Shown in pieces: positions 1-8,117 of a stretch of DNA of 20,000 nucleotides. The notes beneath the pieces are model-generated. The model was given only the letters and a program-made list of their open reading frames with translations, was not told the DNA's origin and searched no databases. This stretch comes from an uncultured virus (IMG/VR IMGVR_UViG_3300042888_000268) (Duplodnaviria; Heunggongvirae; Uroviricota; Caudoviricetes): the IMG/VR virus record IMGVR_UViG_3300042888_000268, one strand, 5' to 3'. Each line of letters opens with the position of its first letter. Positions within the stretch are counted from its first letter, which is position 1. Both the position numbers and the translations under genes were made by a program.

Positions 1-3000
1 ACCTACAAACTGCATAGGACTCATATAGTTCATCATGAACAATGCTCCTGTTTTATTGATAGGTTTAATAGCCGTCACTCTAGATTGGAATGACTTATAG
101 TTATTAGTCAAGAACAATCTCCAGTTATCTTTTTTAAGTTCTTCAGATTGAGGTAGTGAGTATATCACCTTATTAGGTCTATACACATAACATGTCTCAG
201 CCACCTTTGGATCGTAATCTCTAGGTAGTAATGACCCCCAAGATATATAATTAGAATACAACTTAGATACACTTAGAGAATAGTCATACTTGTAGTAGTT
301 ACCATCTTTGATAAAGTCAGATCTAAATAGAGACTTATAGTCTGTAAATCTATGTGGGTCATAGTGACGTTTATTCATTACATCTTCCCAATCTCTATTA
401 GCTGTGTTCACTTCAGACTCACAAAAGAAATCTCTTACACCATTAAAGAATAAATAGAAGTATCCTTTCTTTACATAGAATAAGTCACTTTCTCTTTCAT
501 CAAGATGTCTATTGTTACTAGCAGCATTAAATAATCTAAAGGTAGTTTTACTACTGTCTACCCAGAATCTTGGATAAGCTATATTACCATAGTTTCTATA
601 ATCTACTTCTGTTTCATCTGGTTCACCCATTAACCAAGAGTTAAAGAAGAAGAACGGATTCTTTTCTGTAAAACGATTAATATATGCATCACCTCCAAAT
701 AGTATACTACTAGTATATTTAGTTTTAGTACCTGCTACTACTGTCTCTATACACGTGGATACAGGAAGCTGCTTAATGTTTTCAAGCTGCCCATACTGAG
801 AAGGAATACCAACTTTAAGAGAACCATAGAATGCAGAAGCTGTAGATGTCACTGCAGTGTCTAACTTTCCACCTTTCTGTCCTATTCTAAATCTAGAAGT
901 ATCAATAGTAGTAGGATCAGAAATATCCTGCCCTAGTTTAATTGCTACATAGCTACTTCTATATAAATTATTAATCTGGTATTTAGCATCAAAACCTTGA
1001 ATGTTAGGACTAACATAAACAGAGTTTTCTACCTTTCTTCTTCTATTACCAACATACACTTCTTTAAAATTATTAAAATAAGCATGACTATCATACTGAA
1101 GACCAAATTGTCTTCTTGGTACTAATGCATACATGATTCTAAATAATTGCTCTCCTGTAGTTTGAGCTTCAATATATGTCATAGAAATTGCTATAGCGGC
1201 ATTGTAAACACCAATAGCAGTATTATAAACTGCAATTACAGGGTTAGGTATAGATACCGTAGCACTACCTCCAGTTCCTAAAAAACTACCACCACCTCCA
1301 TAAGTTAGAGCATGGTTAGTAATCTTTTGAAGTGTAAGCTTTTTAGTATATGGTAAGTCATCTGTTCCTTGTAATGCAATATTACTATCATTAGCTATAG
1401 CTCCTAAGTAGTTTCCAATTGCTCCAATTGTACCAACAATACTAGCTAAACTAGAACTAAAGTTGGTAAGCAATTTAAATTTAGGATGTTTATGTGGAGT
1501 GGAAAATACACCCTCAACATCACCATAAATTTCAGTTTCAATCTTAGCCTCGTTAAACGCTAAGAAAGGTTTAGAGAATGTAGTGTCTGGACTATGAAAA
1601 GAAAAGTGATCTTTCTTATATGTAGTTAAAGGATAGCCTGTATTTATATCTGCACTACCTTTTTCAAATACATTTTTATCAGATGTTAAAAGATCATCTG
1701 CTCTTAAATCATTATAAGGATAGTTTTGATATAATCCTTTTACAGAAGTGTTACCAGGAATATCATATTCTCTCATATTAGAAAACATGCCTTTAGCTAC
1801 AATAGACTTCTGTCCTTCTCTAGAACCACGAAGTATTTCGTAACCTACCACTTCTGGTATATCGTTACCATAGTTGTCTACAGGATGAGTAATGTTTTCA
1901 AATTGTACACCAAGTACAATTACATTGTTTCCATTATCTACAACATGGTTTAATGCTGGATGAACAGTTACATCTGGAAACTTATGATGTCTAATTTGAG
2001 CACCACACAATGGTCCCCAAATTTCTGGTTTGTTAGGAGGATATATTTCTGTAGATTCCCAATACCCCATTAATCCTTTACCAATAACTAATCCACCATC
2101 TCCTACAGCAACATTAGTTAAACTTGTTACAGTAGCCGTATTTTTAACTTGCCAGTTTAATCTAGGCACACCATCTCTAGTTTCAAAAGCATCTTGCCCA
2201 ATAGCTGTTTCTAAATCTTTAGGATCAGCTTGTCTTCCAGGAATATGAAAAGAAGCACTACGCTCTCCTGTATTATATATCCAACGTATAAAGAAAGCAT
2301 ATTGCTCATCTCTCATATACGTGGTATTATTACCACCTTTTCTATAATAGTCTTCAGGATACTTTACAGCAACCCATGAAGTTTTAATCTTATTTGCTTG
2401 AAGCTGATAGTTAAACTGAAACTTACTATATGTACCCACTCTTAATAAGTAGTTACTTACAGTGTACATAGCATCAGTTTTTTCTATAGGCTCAGATCTT
2501 AATGGAATATTACTAATAGGAATACTTATAGCATCTGGTTGAATCTGATCTATATATATAGTCTTCTGAGTAGTGTAGTATATACCTAATCTTTTAGCTG
2601 TAGTCTGTCCATTCACTGTAGAAAGGATAACTAATTCAAATTCATCAAAGTCTGTATCTATATCAGACACTGTTATTTCTAAAGATCCATTTAGATTCTC
2701 ATGAGAAAATAATGACTGAACATCTGAGAAACCAATATAGTCAGATATCTTATTTTCATTTACAGTGTATGCCATTACCACTTGATAAGAACCATTAGGT
2801 AATGTACCTGCCACCTTACCTTTTTGTAAAGACAAACAAGGATGAGTTATAAATGGAATTAATCTAAGTCTCTCTGTATCAAGCTGATCTGTATATTTTT
2901 TAAGAATACAGTTCTCTCCAATATCTGTTAAGAATTGATCAGTTATGTCTGTTAAGCTATATACAATAATATCATTATCATCATAAAAACTACATTCACA

Positions 3001-3819
3001 ATCCTCTGCAATTCTTTGAATAACCTTTATGTTAGGTTCTAACTTTCCACCAGGAAACTGAATCTCTCTAGCTTCTTTGATAGACATACAAGTTCTATAT
3101 TCACTCTTACGTCCATCAAGTAATTTCTGACTTACAGTGGTAGTATAACAAGGAAGAGGTTTACATGTCTCTTGCTTTACAGATACAGATGCTTTATCCC
3201 ATGTAGCAAACTGATACACCTCATTAGCAGGAACTCTTACAACTTTAAGAGCACCATGAGTATCTTTATAACTAACTACAGTTGTTCCAGTGCCATCCCC
3301 GCATGCTCCAGCAACTAATTTGTAATGTCTTGATACAGCATCACCTACTCTCTCAGGAACAAACATATAAGGAGGATTGTCTATATCCATAACCCTAGTT
3401 GGGTTAATACCGTCATCCCAATAAACTAATCTTTCACAGTTATATCTTTTACGATAGGTACCTGTTATTAAGTTTGCTCTATTAAAATTAAGACCTGGGT
3501 CATTAACTACTTTCTTATAAGAACATTCTGATTCATCAAAGATTCCTATCTCAGAATTAATATCATCAGTTGTATATATAGCCCATTGGTCATCATTAAG
3601 ATGTATACAACCAATTAGAGTGTAAGGAAGCTGAGCACATAACATATTAGCTGGCTCATTACCAAGAACACCAACTTGCCCATCATGAGAATTGTTTACA
3701 GCATTTCTAGCATGTGTCCATAACCCTTCCCCTACGAAAGTCTCGTTATAATCTTTAACCATCCCTTTAGTAAAGGTATTGGTAGTAATCCCTGAATTCT
3801 GTTGTTCTTTATCTGCCAT
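1..3819 (-). CDS. Large crAss-like tail stabilisation / muzzle protein (P22 gp10-like), 3' end beyond the window, >1273 aa
   Basis: Not in the ORF track. Hand translation from ATG at 3819 (overlapping the upstream stop at 3809-3811) stays open to base 1: MADKEQQNSGITTNTFTKGMVKDYNETF...YWDDGINPTR...YMRDEQYAFFIRW...SFHIPGR...GYWESTEIYP...IRHHKFPD...FSFHSPD...FGGDAYINRF...VIYSLPQSEELKKDNW. I recall these motifs from crAss-like muzzle proteins, and the position after IHF-like and ring-protein genes fits. Confidence 0.8.
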   Translation of the reverse strand, partial: MADKEQQNSGITTNTFTKGMVKDYNETFVGEGLWTHARNAVNNSHDGQVGVLGNEPANMLCAQLPYTLIGCIHLNDDQWAIYTTDDINSEIGIFDESECSYKKVVNDPGLNFNRANLITGTYRKRYNCERLVYWDDGINPTRVMDIDNPPYMFVPERVGDAVSRHYKLVAGACGDGTGTTVVSYKDTHGALKVVRVPANEVYQFATWDKASVSVKQETCKPLPCYTTTVSQKLLDGRKSEYRTCMSIKEAREIQFPGGKLEPNIKVIQRIAEDCECSFYDDNDIIVYSLTDITDQFLTDIGENCILKKYTDQLDTERLRLIPFITHPCLSLQKGKVAGTLPNGSYQVVMAYTVNENKISDYIGFSDVQSLFSHENLNGSLEITVSDIDTDFDEFELVILSTVNGQTTAKRLGIYYTTQKTIYIDQIQPDAISIPISNIPLRSEPIEKTDAMYTVSNYLLRVGTYSKFQFNYQLQANKIKTSWVAVKYPEDYYRKGGNNTTYMRDEQYAFFIRWIYNTGERSASFHIPGRQADPKDLETAIGQDAFETRDGVPRLNWQVKNTATVTSLTNVAVGDGGLVIGKGLMGYWESTEIYPPNKPEIWGPLCGAQIRHHKFPDVTVHPALNHVVDNGNNVIVLGVQFENITHPVDNYGNDIPEVVGYEILRGSREGQKSIVAKGMFSNMREYDIPGNTSVKGLYQNYPYNDLRADDLLTSDKNVFEKGSADINTGYPLTTYKKDHFSFHSPDTTFSKPFLAFNEAKIETEIYGDVEGVFSTPHKHPKFKLLTNFSSSLASIVGTIGAIGNYLGAIANDSNIALQGTDDLPYTKKLTLQKITNHALTYGGGGSFLGTGGSATVSIPNPVIAVYNTAIGVYNAAIAISMTYIEAQTTGEQLFRIMYALVPRRQFGLQYDSHAYFNNFKEVYVGNRRRKVENSVYVSPNIQGFDAKYQINNLYRSSYVAIKLGQDISDPTTIDTSRFRIGQKGGKLDTAVTSTASAFYGSLKVGIPSQYGQLENIKQLPVSTCIETVVAGTKTKYTSSILFGGDAYINRFTEKNPFFFFNSWLMGEPDETEVDYRNYGNIAYPRFWVDSSKTTFRLFNAASNNRHLDERESDLFYVKKGYFYLFFNGVRDFFCESEVNTANRDWEDVMNKRHYDPHRFTDYKSLFRSDFIKDGNYYKYDYSLSVSKLYSNYISWGSLLPRDYDPKVAETCYVYRPNKVIYSLPQSEELKKDNWRLFLTNNYKSFQSRVTAIKPINKTGALFMMNYMSPMQFVG

Positions 3820-4171
3820 GAGTTATTGCAATGTTCTTCTTTTCTAAAAATTTATAAATAACACCAGTAACGTGCCCAGCTAACCAAGCTTGAGCTTCTT
3901 CATCAGTTATGTCTCTATCTTCTGTCACCCTAACAGTTGCATGAAATATTTCATGAGCTATTGTGTTGTGAGATAGGTATTTAGCATTTAGTAATAAATA
4001 ATATTTATCTATATCTATTAGCACTACAGCTCCTTCACACTCACCCTCAAACTCTTCTTTTATCTTATACTTCTTATAGATCCTATTGGCTTCACCAACA
4101 AGATCATCAGTGACAGTAATAATAAGTTCACAACTATACGTTGGAATCTTTAAGGTGGTGGTTATTTTCAT
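3809..4171 (-). CDS. Small HExxH (zincin-like) putative metallopeptidase, 120 aa
   Basis: IAHEIFHAT motif followed by a downstream EEAQAW helix that could supply the third ligand. Confidence 0.6.
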   Translation of the reverse strand: MKITTTLKIPTYSCELIITVTDDLVGEANRIYKKYKIKEEFEGECEGAVVLIDIDKYYLLLNAKYLSHNTIAHEIFHATVRVTEDRDITDEEAQAWLAGHVTGVIYKFLEKKNIAITHGR

Positions 4172-4193
4172 AAATGGTTTTTAAGAGTCTCTC

Positions 4194-5063
4194 TTAAGAT
4201 TTAAACATATCGTAGTACTTTTGATATTGAGCTCTACGATTCATTTGCCATAAAGCTTTCATCTCTGCAAAGTTTGGCGTATTTACAATACCCAAAGCAT
4301 TATTTCTAGCTGCTCTTAACTTCCCTTCAATCAAATTTATTTTCTGAGAAACATCTTCACCATTCATATATAAGTTTTCTAGAATACGTTGTTTCATTGC
4401 ATATTCATAATACTCATTAATCATTGGATGATCAAGTACTAATAAGTTACCCTCATCATCTTCTAAAGCACCTTCATAAGAAAGATATACTTGACCCTGT
4501 TCTAAGTTTGTATAGATAAAACCATTTTTAATTTCTCCATTATTAGGAGAAGGATGATCATTATGTAACTCATCATTCTGTAAATACTTACCCCCACCCA
4601 AACTAATTCTTTCAAAGTGATCATACACTCTAGTCTCTGACTTAATCTTTTGTACAAGAACAAGACTTCCTGACTCATCACCATATACATCTACAGCTAC
4701 TGAATAGATATCATCACATCCACATTCATTAGAATTACCATGGCATTTTCTACATATAGCCGCTGCATGTATAGATTCTCTTTGGTCTCCTTGTATAGCT
4801 GGGGTAGTAACTGTATACCTTCCAATTAACATAGCATAATTAACTACATAAAAATCATCAGGTAGTTTAGCTTTTCTTTTCTCTACATCTAAAATAACTT
4901 CCTTTGTCTTATGTATACGTAATCCAAGATCGTAGTTAACTCTTTGAGCCACTTTAATTAATTGACCAGGCTCTATCATTCCTTCATTATTATACATAGT
5001 GAAGTCAATAGTTACCTCGTCTAATAACTGATCAAAGGTTTTATATTTTATTTCTGTATTCAT
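4194..5063 (-). CDS. Putative tail tubular / ring protein (crAss-like, P22 gp4-like), 289 aa
   Basis: Helical N-terminus, AKLPDDFY motif, 'GFIYTNLEQGQVYLSYEG..EDDEGNLLVLD' beta region and helical C-terminus resemble crAss ring proteins; located just upstream of the muzzle gene. Confidence 0.65.
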   Translation of the reverse strand: MNTEIKYKTFDQLLDEVTIDFTMYNNEGMIEPGQLIKVAQRVNYDLGLRIHKTKEVILDVEKRKAKLPDDFYVVNYAMLIGRYTVTTPAIQGDQRESIHAAAICRKCHGNSNECGCDDIYSVAVDVYGDESGSLVLVQKIKSETRVYDHFERISLGGGKYLQNDELHNDHPSPNNGEIKNGFIYTNLEQGQVYLSYEGALEDDEGNLLVLDHPMINEYYEYAMKQRILENLYMNGEDVSQKINLIEGKLRAARNNALGIVNTPNFAEMKALWQMNRRAQYQKYYDMFKS

Positions 5064-5070
5064 TTCTTAA

Positions 5071-5310
5071 TTATTGAAAACAAACAGATGCATTGCTAAC
5101 TACTTTCTTAATTGGTACTATAACACCGTTATCTGTTCTGATAAGTGTTATTGTATTAAATAATCCAGCAGCATCTACAGTTAATGCACTAATACTTACC
5201 GCAGGAGTTTGACCAGCAAACCATGCAGTTAATTCACCAAGGCTATTAATAAAGACATGTCTATTATTACCATGGTCAATAAGGATATACTTTTTATAAG
5301 CTTTTGCCAT
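5071..5310 (-). CDS. Hypothetical protein, 79 aa
   Basis: The ORF fills the gap between the two ring-like genes (1-nt and 7-nt spacers) with ATG start and TAA stop. Confidence 0.65.
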   Translation of the reverse strand: MAKAYKKYILIDHGNNRHVFINSLGELTAWFAGQTPAVSISALTVDAAGLFNTITLIRTDNGVIVPIKKVVSNASVCFQ

Positions 5311-5311
5311 T

Positions 5312-5986
5312 TTATCTTAAAGGGTTTTGTTTATCAGCAGAATTATCTGAAGGTAATTGATACATAAAAATAAGATCTTTTAATACTGCTGATTCTACTT
5401 CACCATGAAGATAGTCAGGTACATTAAACTGTAAGTCTGTTCTTGTAACACAAGAATCATCAGCACAGGTGTACAAACTAATATCATCTTCAAAGATGCC
5501 TTCTATACGTACACCATCCCAATCAAGATTAGGAAAGTACATGTAGCTATCTAAGAACCAATAGTATTTAGTCTTGTTATATTTAAAGTTTTTACTCTTA
5601 CTTAAAGCTAAGTAAGTTGAAGGAAGGATGGGTTGCAACTCTTCAGAACCATCTAAAGAAGCTACAGTGCGTACAAGAGGCCCATAATATCCTTGTAGGA
5701 ATATAGGCAATTGAGCTTTAGTTCTTTTAATAGTACAGTCTGAACTAAGACCTACACACATAGACTGCACTTTATCTACTTCTTCAAGTTCAACAAAGTC
5801 CATTGTTTGCATAACACCAGAAAAAGACATAAGCTTGTTCTTACTATCTTCACGTTTCATTAACCACTTTGAATGCTTAAGCACAAAACTATATATAAGA
5901 CGGTCAGTAAGCATAGAGTCTTGCCTCACCGCTTTTACTTGACTACGAATTCTTGAGATGATATCTCCCACTGTATTTTTTGACAT
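5312..5986 (-). CDS. Putative tail ring / adaptor protein (crAss-like), 224 aa
   Basis: N-terminal 'TVGDIISRIRSQVK..DSMLTDRLIYSFV' helices, central beta region (YYWFLDSYMYF, VRIEGIFEDD) and C-terminal 'FNVPDYL...SDNSAD'; directly follows the IHF-like gene as in crAss-like tail modules. Confidence 0.6.
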   Translation of the reverse strand: MSKNTVGDIISRIRSQVKAVRQDSMLTDRLIYSFVLKHSKWLMKREDSKNKLMSFSGVMQTMDFVELEEVDKVQSMCVGLSSDCTIKRTKAQLPIFLQGYYGPLVRTVASLDGSEELQPILPSTYLALSKSKNFKYNKTKYYWFLDSYMYFPNLDWDGVRIEGIFEDDISLYTCADDSCVTRTDLQFNVPDYLHGEVESAVLKDLIFMYQLPSDNSADKQNPLR

Positions 5987-5987
5987 A

Positions 5988-6572
5988 TTAGTCTAAATTA
6001 AACTCATCATAATTTTTAAGTAAATCTATAGTTTCATTCTTTTTAAAGTCTTTAAGCTTCTGCTTTCTAAAAACTCTACTCACTCTAACCAAGTTATCTA
6101 CAACTACATACTTTTTCCATTCTATAGGATATGTCTTAGCTACGGTTCTTCTAAAGTCTCTCACTGCTGCAAACCCCCACATATCATTATGCTTAAATCT
6201 ATACTTAGTTTCGTAGTTAGTATAAAAGATTTTAGCAATATACTGATCTGACTCCCAGTTCTGATTCTGTACCACCTTACCAAAATGCTCTGACTTTTTA
6301 AAGTCTACATTCTTTTTCTTAGATCTAGGACAGGTACCAATAAAAATAAACCCAAGTTGCTCAGGCAGCTCTATTCCATCTCGGTCTTGAACAGCAGTTT
6401 CCCAGATCTTCCCATTAAAAGTTTTAATAACCTCTTTAAATACATCATATGTTATAGAAGCGTATTTAGGATTTTCCTCAATAAACTTGTTATAAAATTC
6501 TGTATTTGTAAAGTTTAACTTCTTAGGTCTGTATCTAGGAGCGTTTAAATCTGGCTTTTGGTATATTTTCAC
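5988..6572 (-). CDS. IHF/HU-like DNA-binding protein (crAss-type), 194 aa, GTG start
   Basis: Basic protein; 'FKEVIKTFNGKIWETAVQDRDGIELPEQLGFIFIG' matches the HU/IHF helix2-beta1-beta2 pattern (cf. 'G..V.L..FG.F'). Confidence 0.6.
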   Translation of the reverse strand: MKIYQKPDLNAPRYRPKKLNFTNTEFYNKFIEENPKYASITYDVFKEVIKTFNGKIWETAVQDRDGIELPEQLGFIFIGTCPRSKKKNVDFKKSEHFGKVVQNQNWESDQYIAKIFYTNYETKYRFKHNDMWGFAAVRDFRRTVAKTYPIEWKKYVVVDNLVRVSRVFRKQKLKDFKKNETIDLLKNYDEFNLD

Positions 6573-6579
6573 TATAGTG

Positions 6580-6602
6580 CTACATTAATAATTTACGAAA
6601 AA
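6580..6602 (-). promoter_or_regulatory. Candidate phage-specific (late) promoter motif, copy 1
   Basis: Minus-strand TTTTTCGTAAATTATTAATGTAG resembles TTTTTCCGTATATTATATTGTAG at 12467-12489; both are intergenic and upstream of structural gene runs. Confidence 0.5.
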
Positions 6603-6634
6603 TCTATGAAGTTTCCTAGTTAAACTTTTAGAGT

Positions 6635-7951
6635 TTAAGCTGTATAGGTAAATTCAGAAATCTTCCCCTTAACTTTATCATGTATTTCCATGATGGCTTG
6701 GCGTTTAGATCCTGTAAACTTATTATGGTAATGCCAGTAATCTGATTTACAAAGACTTGGAAGATGCTTAATAGCAAACCCGTGCACTTCGTTATCTGTT
6801 ACAAACTCGGTAACCTTCTTGGTATGGAAGTGTCCTGTATAGCAAGTTCTGTATATTGTAGCTCCCCATTGTTTAGGAAACTCAGTGGCATAGACCAAGG
6901 GAGTTAGTTTCTTTGTAACATCCCCATGCTCAAACGCAAAAAAGTTATCACCGTAAGTAATAACTTTTCTTTCTGAATAGGTAGCATTAAATTCAACATT
7001 AGGTTCTTTTATAAAACATTTAGACAAGGCATGTACTAAATGGTAAGAACTTAATCTATCATGATTACCAGGTAGGTAGACCACCTCTAGGGTGTCACAA
7101 AATTGCTTAATAAAGTTAACTGACCAGAACATACTTTCAAAAGCCGTGTCATACGCATCCTGAGCCCTCTGGTCAGAGTCTACAGGTGTTCCCTTAGTAG
7201 TTAATCCACCAAAGGTGTCCATGTTAAGAAGGTCCCCTCCAATCACATATACTATCTTTTCTAGTTTATGAGAGTAATAAGACCTAAGCATCAACTCTTG
7301 AATAGCTTTTTCAAAGGCTGTCTTTACATCAGCATTGTCTTCTTTACCAAAGTGGAGATCTTGTATAGACAAAACCCCCACGGTTGGATCAGAAAACTTG
7401 TCGTTTATGTGTACCTTAGCAACGGGTATATATTTAGGATTAAAGTTTTTAATAGTCTCACTTAAGAAATCTTGAGGCTCAAGTTTCTTTTGACTAATCA
7501 TGGCTGAGACCAGCCAGTATTCTTTATGCTGTTTGTTCCAATAAGAACTCAGCTTCCACTTTTCTGTATCTATCTTTAATATTCTAATAATCTCTTCTGG
7601 ACTCTTAGGTTCTGTAAAAGCAATGCCCTTAACCTCAGCAGTACCATCTTCTAGATTTTCTTTCCACTCTACCACCTTCTCTTTCTGCTGATTTATAACA
7701 TCAACTAATTGATTCTCAAGGTCTGATATATACTGATTTTTTATAGAACTATCGTCTATAAGATCAAGCATACGTTGTCCTACAATATTAACTAAACTAC
7801 TGTCTAGCTCATCCTGTAAGATGTCTTTCACCGATAAAATTTGTTTCTTAATTTCTTGGTATTTTTGAAGAGAAATACCTAATTTAGCAGCACAGACTTC
7901 ATCCGTTTTCTTCCAACGGAGAGACCCATAGACCTGGTTGATTAAATTCAT
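6635..7951 (-). CDS. Calcineurin-like metallophosphoesterase with N-terminal HTH-like / coiled-coil region, 438 aa
   Basis: All five motifs are present in order: DLH (QDLHFG), GDxxxxD (GGDLLNMD), GNHD (PGNHDRL), HGD (FEHGD) and GHxH (TGHFH). The N-terminal 'TDEVCAAKLGISLQKY' looks like a helix-turn-helix. Confidence 0.85.
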   Translation of the reverse strand: MNLINQVYGSLRWKKTDEVCAAKLGISLQKYQEIKKQILSVKDILQDELDSSLVNIVGQRMLDLIDDSSIKNQYISDLENQLVDVINQQKEKVVEWKENLEDGTAEVKGIAFTEPKSPEEIIRILKIDTEKWKLSSYWNKQHKEYWLVSAMISQKKLEPQDFLSETIKNFNPKYIPVAKVHINDKFSDPTVGVLSIQDLHFGKEDNADVKTAFEKAIQELMLRSYYSHKLEKIVYVIGGDLLNMDTFGGLTTKGTPVDSDQRAQDAYDTAFESMFWSVNFIKQFCDTLEVVYLPGNHDRLSSYHLVHALSKCFIKEPNVEFNATYSERKVITYGDNFFAFEHGDVTKKLTPLVYATEFPKQWGATIYRTCYTGHFHTKKVTEFVTDNEVHGFAIKHLPSLCKSDYWHYHNKFTGSKRQAIMEIHDKVKGKISEFTYTA

Positions 7952-7975
7952 AAATAGAGTTTAGTATATGGTGTA

Positions 7976-8004
7976 TAAAGTTAGAGCAAAGTTTTTGCCT
8001 ACAA
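7976..8004 (-). promoter_or_regulatory. Candidate Bacteroidota sigma-A promoter (TTG-N18-TAACTTTA)
   Basis: One mismatch to the -7 consensus TAnnTTTG at 7983-7976, TTG at 8004-8002, and 24 nt between the -7 element and the ATG at 7951. Confidence 0.45.
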
Positions 8005-8030
8005 CTTTTATTATACACATAATATCCCCA

Positions 8031-8106
8031 TTGGTTTAAAAATATAGCCCCACCATAGAAATGGCAGGGCTTTGTTTGTCAGGTGGAAACCAACAAAACC
8101 ACTGAC
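8031..8106 (-). ncRNA. Candidate structured RNA (two hairpins plus loop pseudoknot)
   Basis: P1 GUCAGUGG/CCACCUGAC (8106-8078) has loop UUUUGUUGGUUU; P2 is at 8071-8046; the loop UUGGUUU is complementary to AAACCAA at 8037-8031. Confidence 0.4.
8038..8071 (-). terminator. Probable intrinsic terminator hairpin after the Cys-rich/FN3 gene cluster
   Basis: AGCCCUGCCAU-UUCU-AUGGUGGGGCU is an 11-bp stem that pairs fully only on the minus strand (2 G-U pairs), followed by AUAUUUUU. Confidence 0.55.
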
Positions 8107-8117
8107 TTTTTATTATT

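Noticed and set aside
2030..2248. 72-aa plus-strand ORF
   Set aside because: Antisense shadow inside the muzzle gene.
2905..3360. Intein in the muzzle gene
   Set aside because: No HN-(C/S/T) C-terminal splice junction or LAGLIDADG motif in the hand translation.
4502..4690. 62-aa minus-strand ORF
   Set aside because: Nested out of frame within the 289-aa gene.
7268..7465. 65-aa plus-strand ORF
   Set aside because: Antisense to the phosphoesterase catalytic region.
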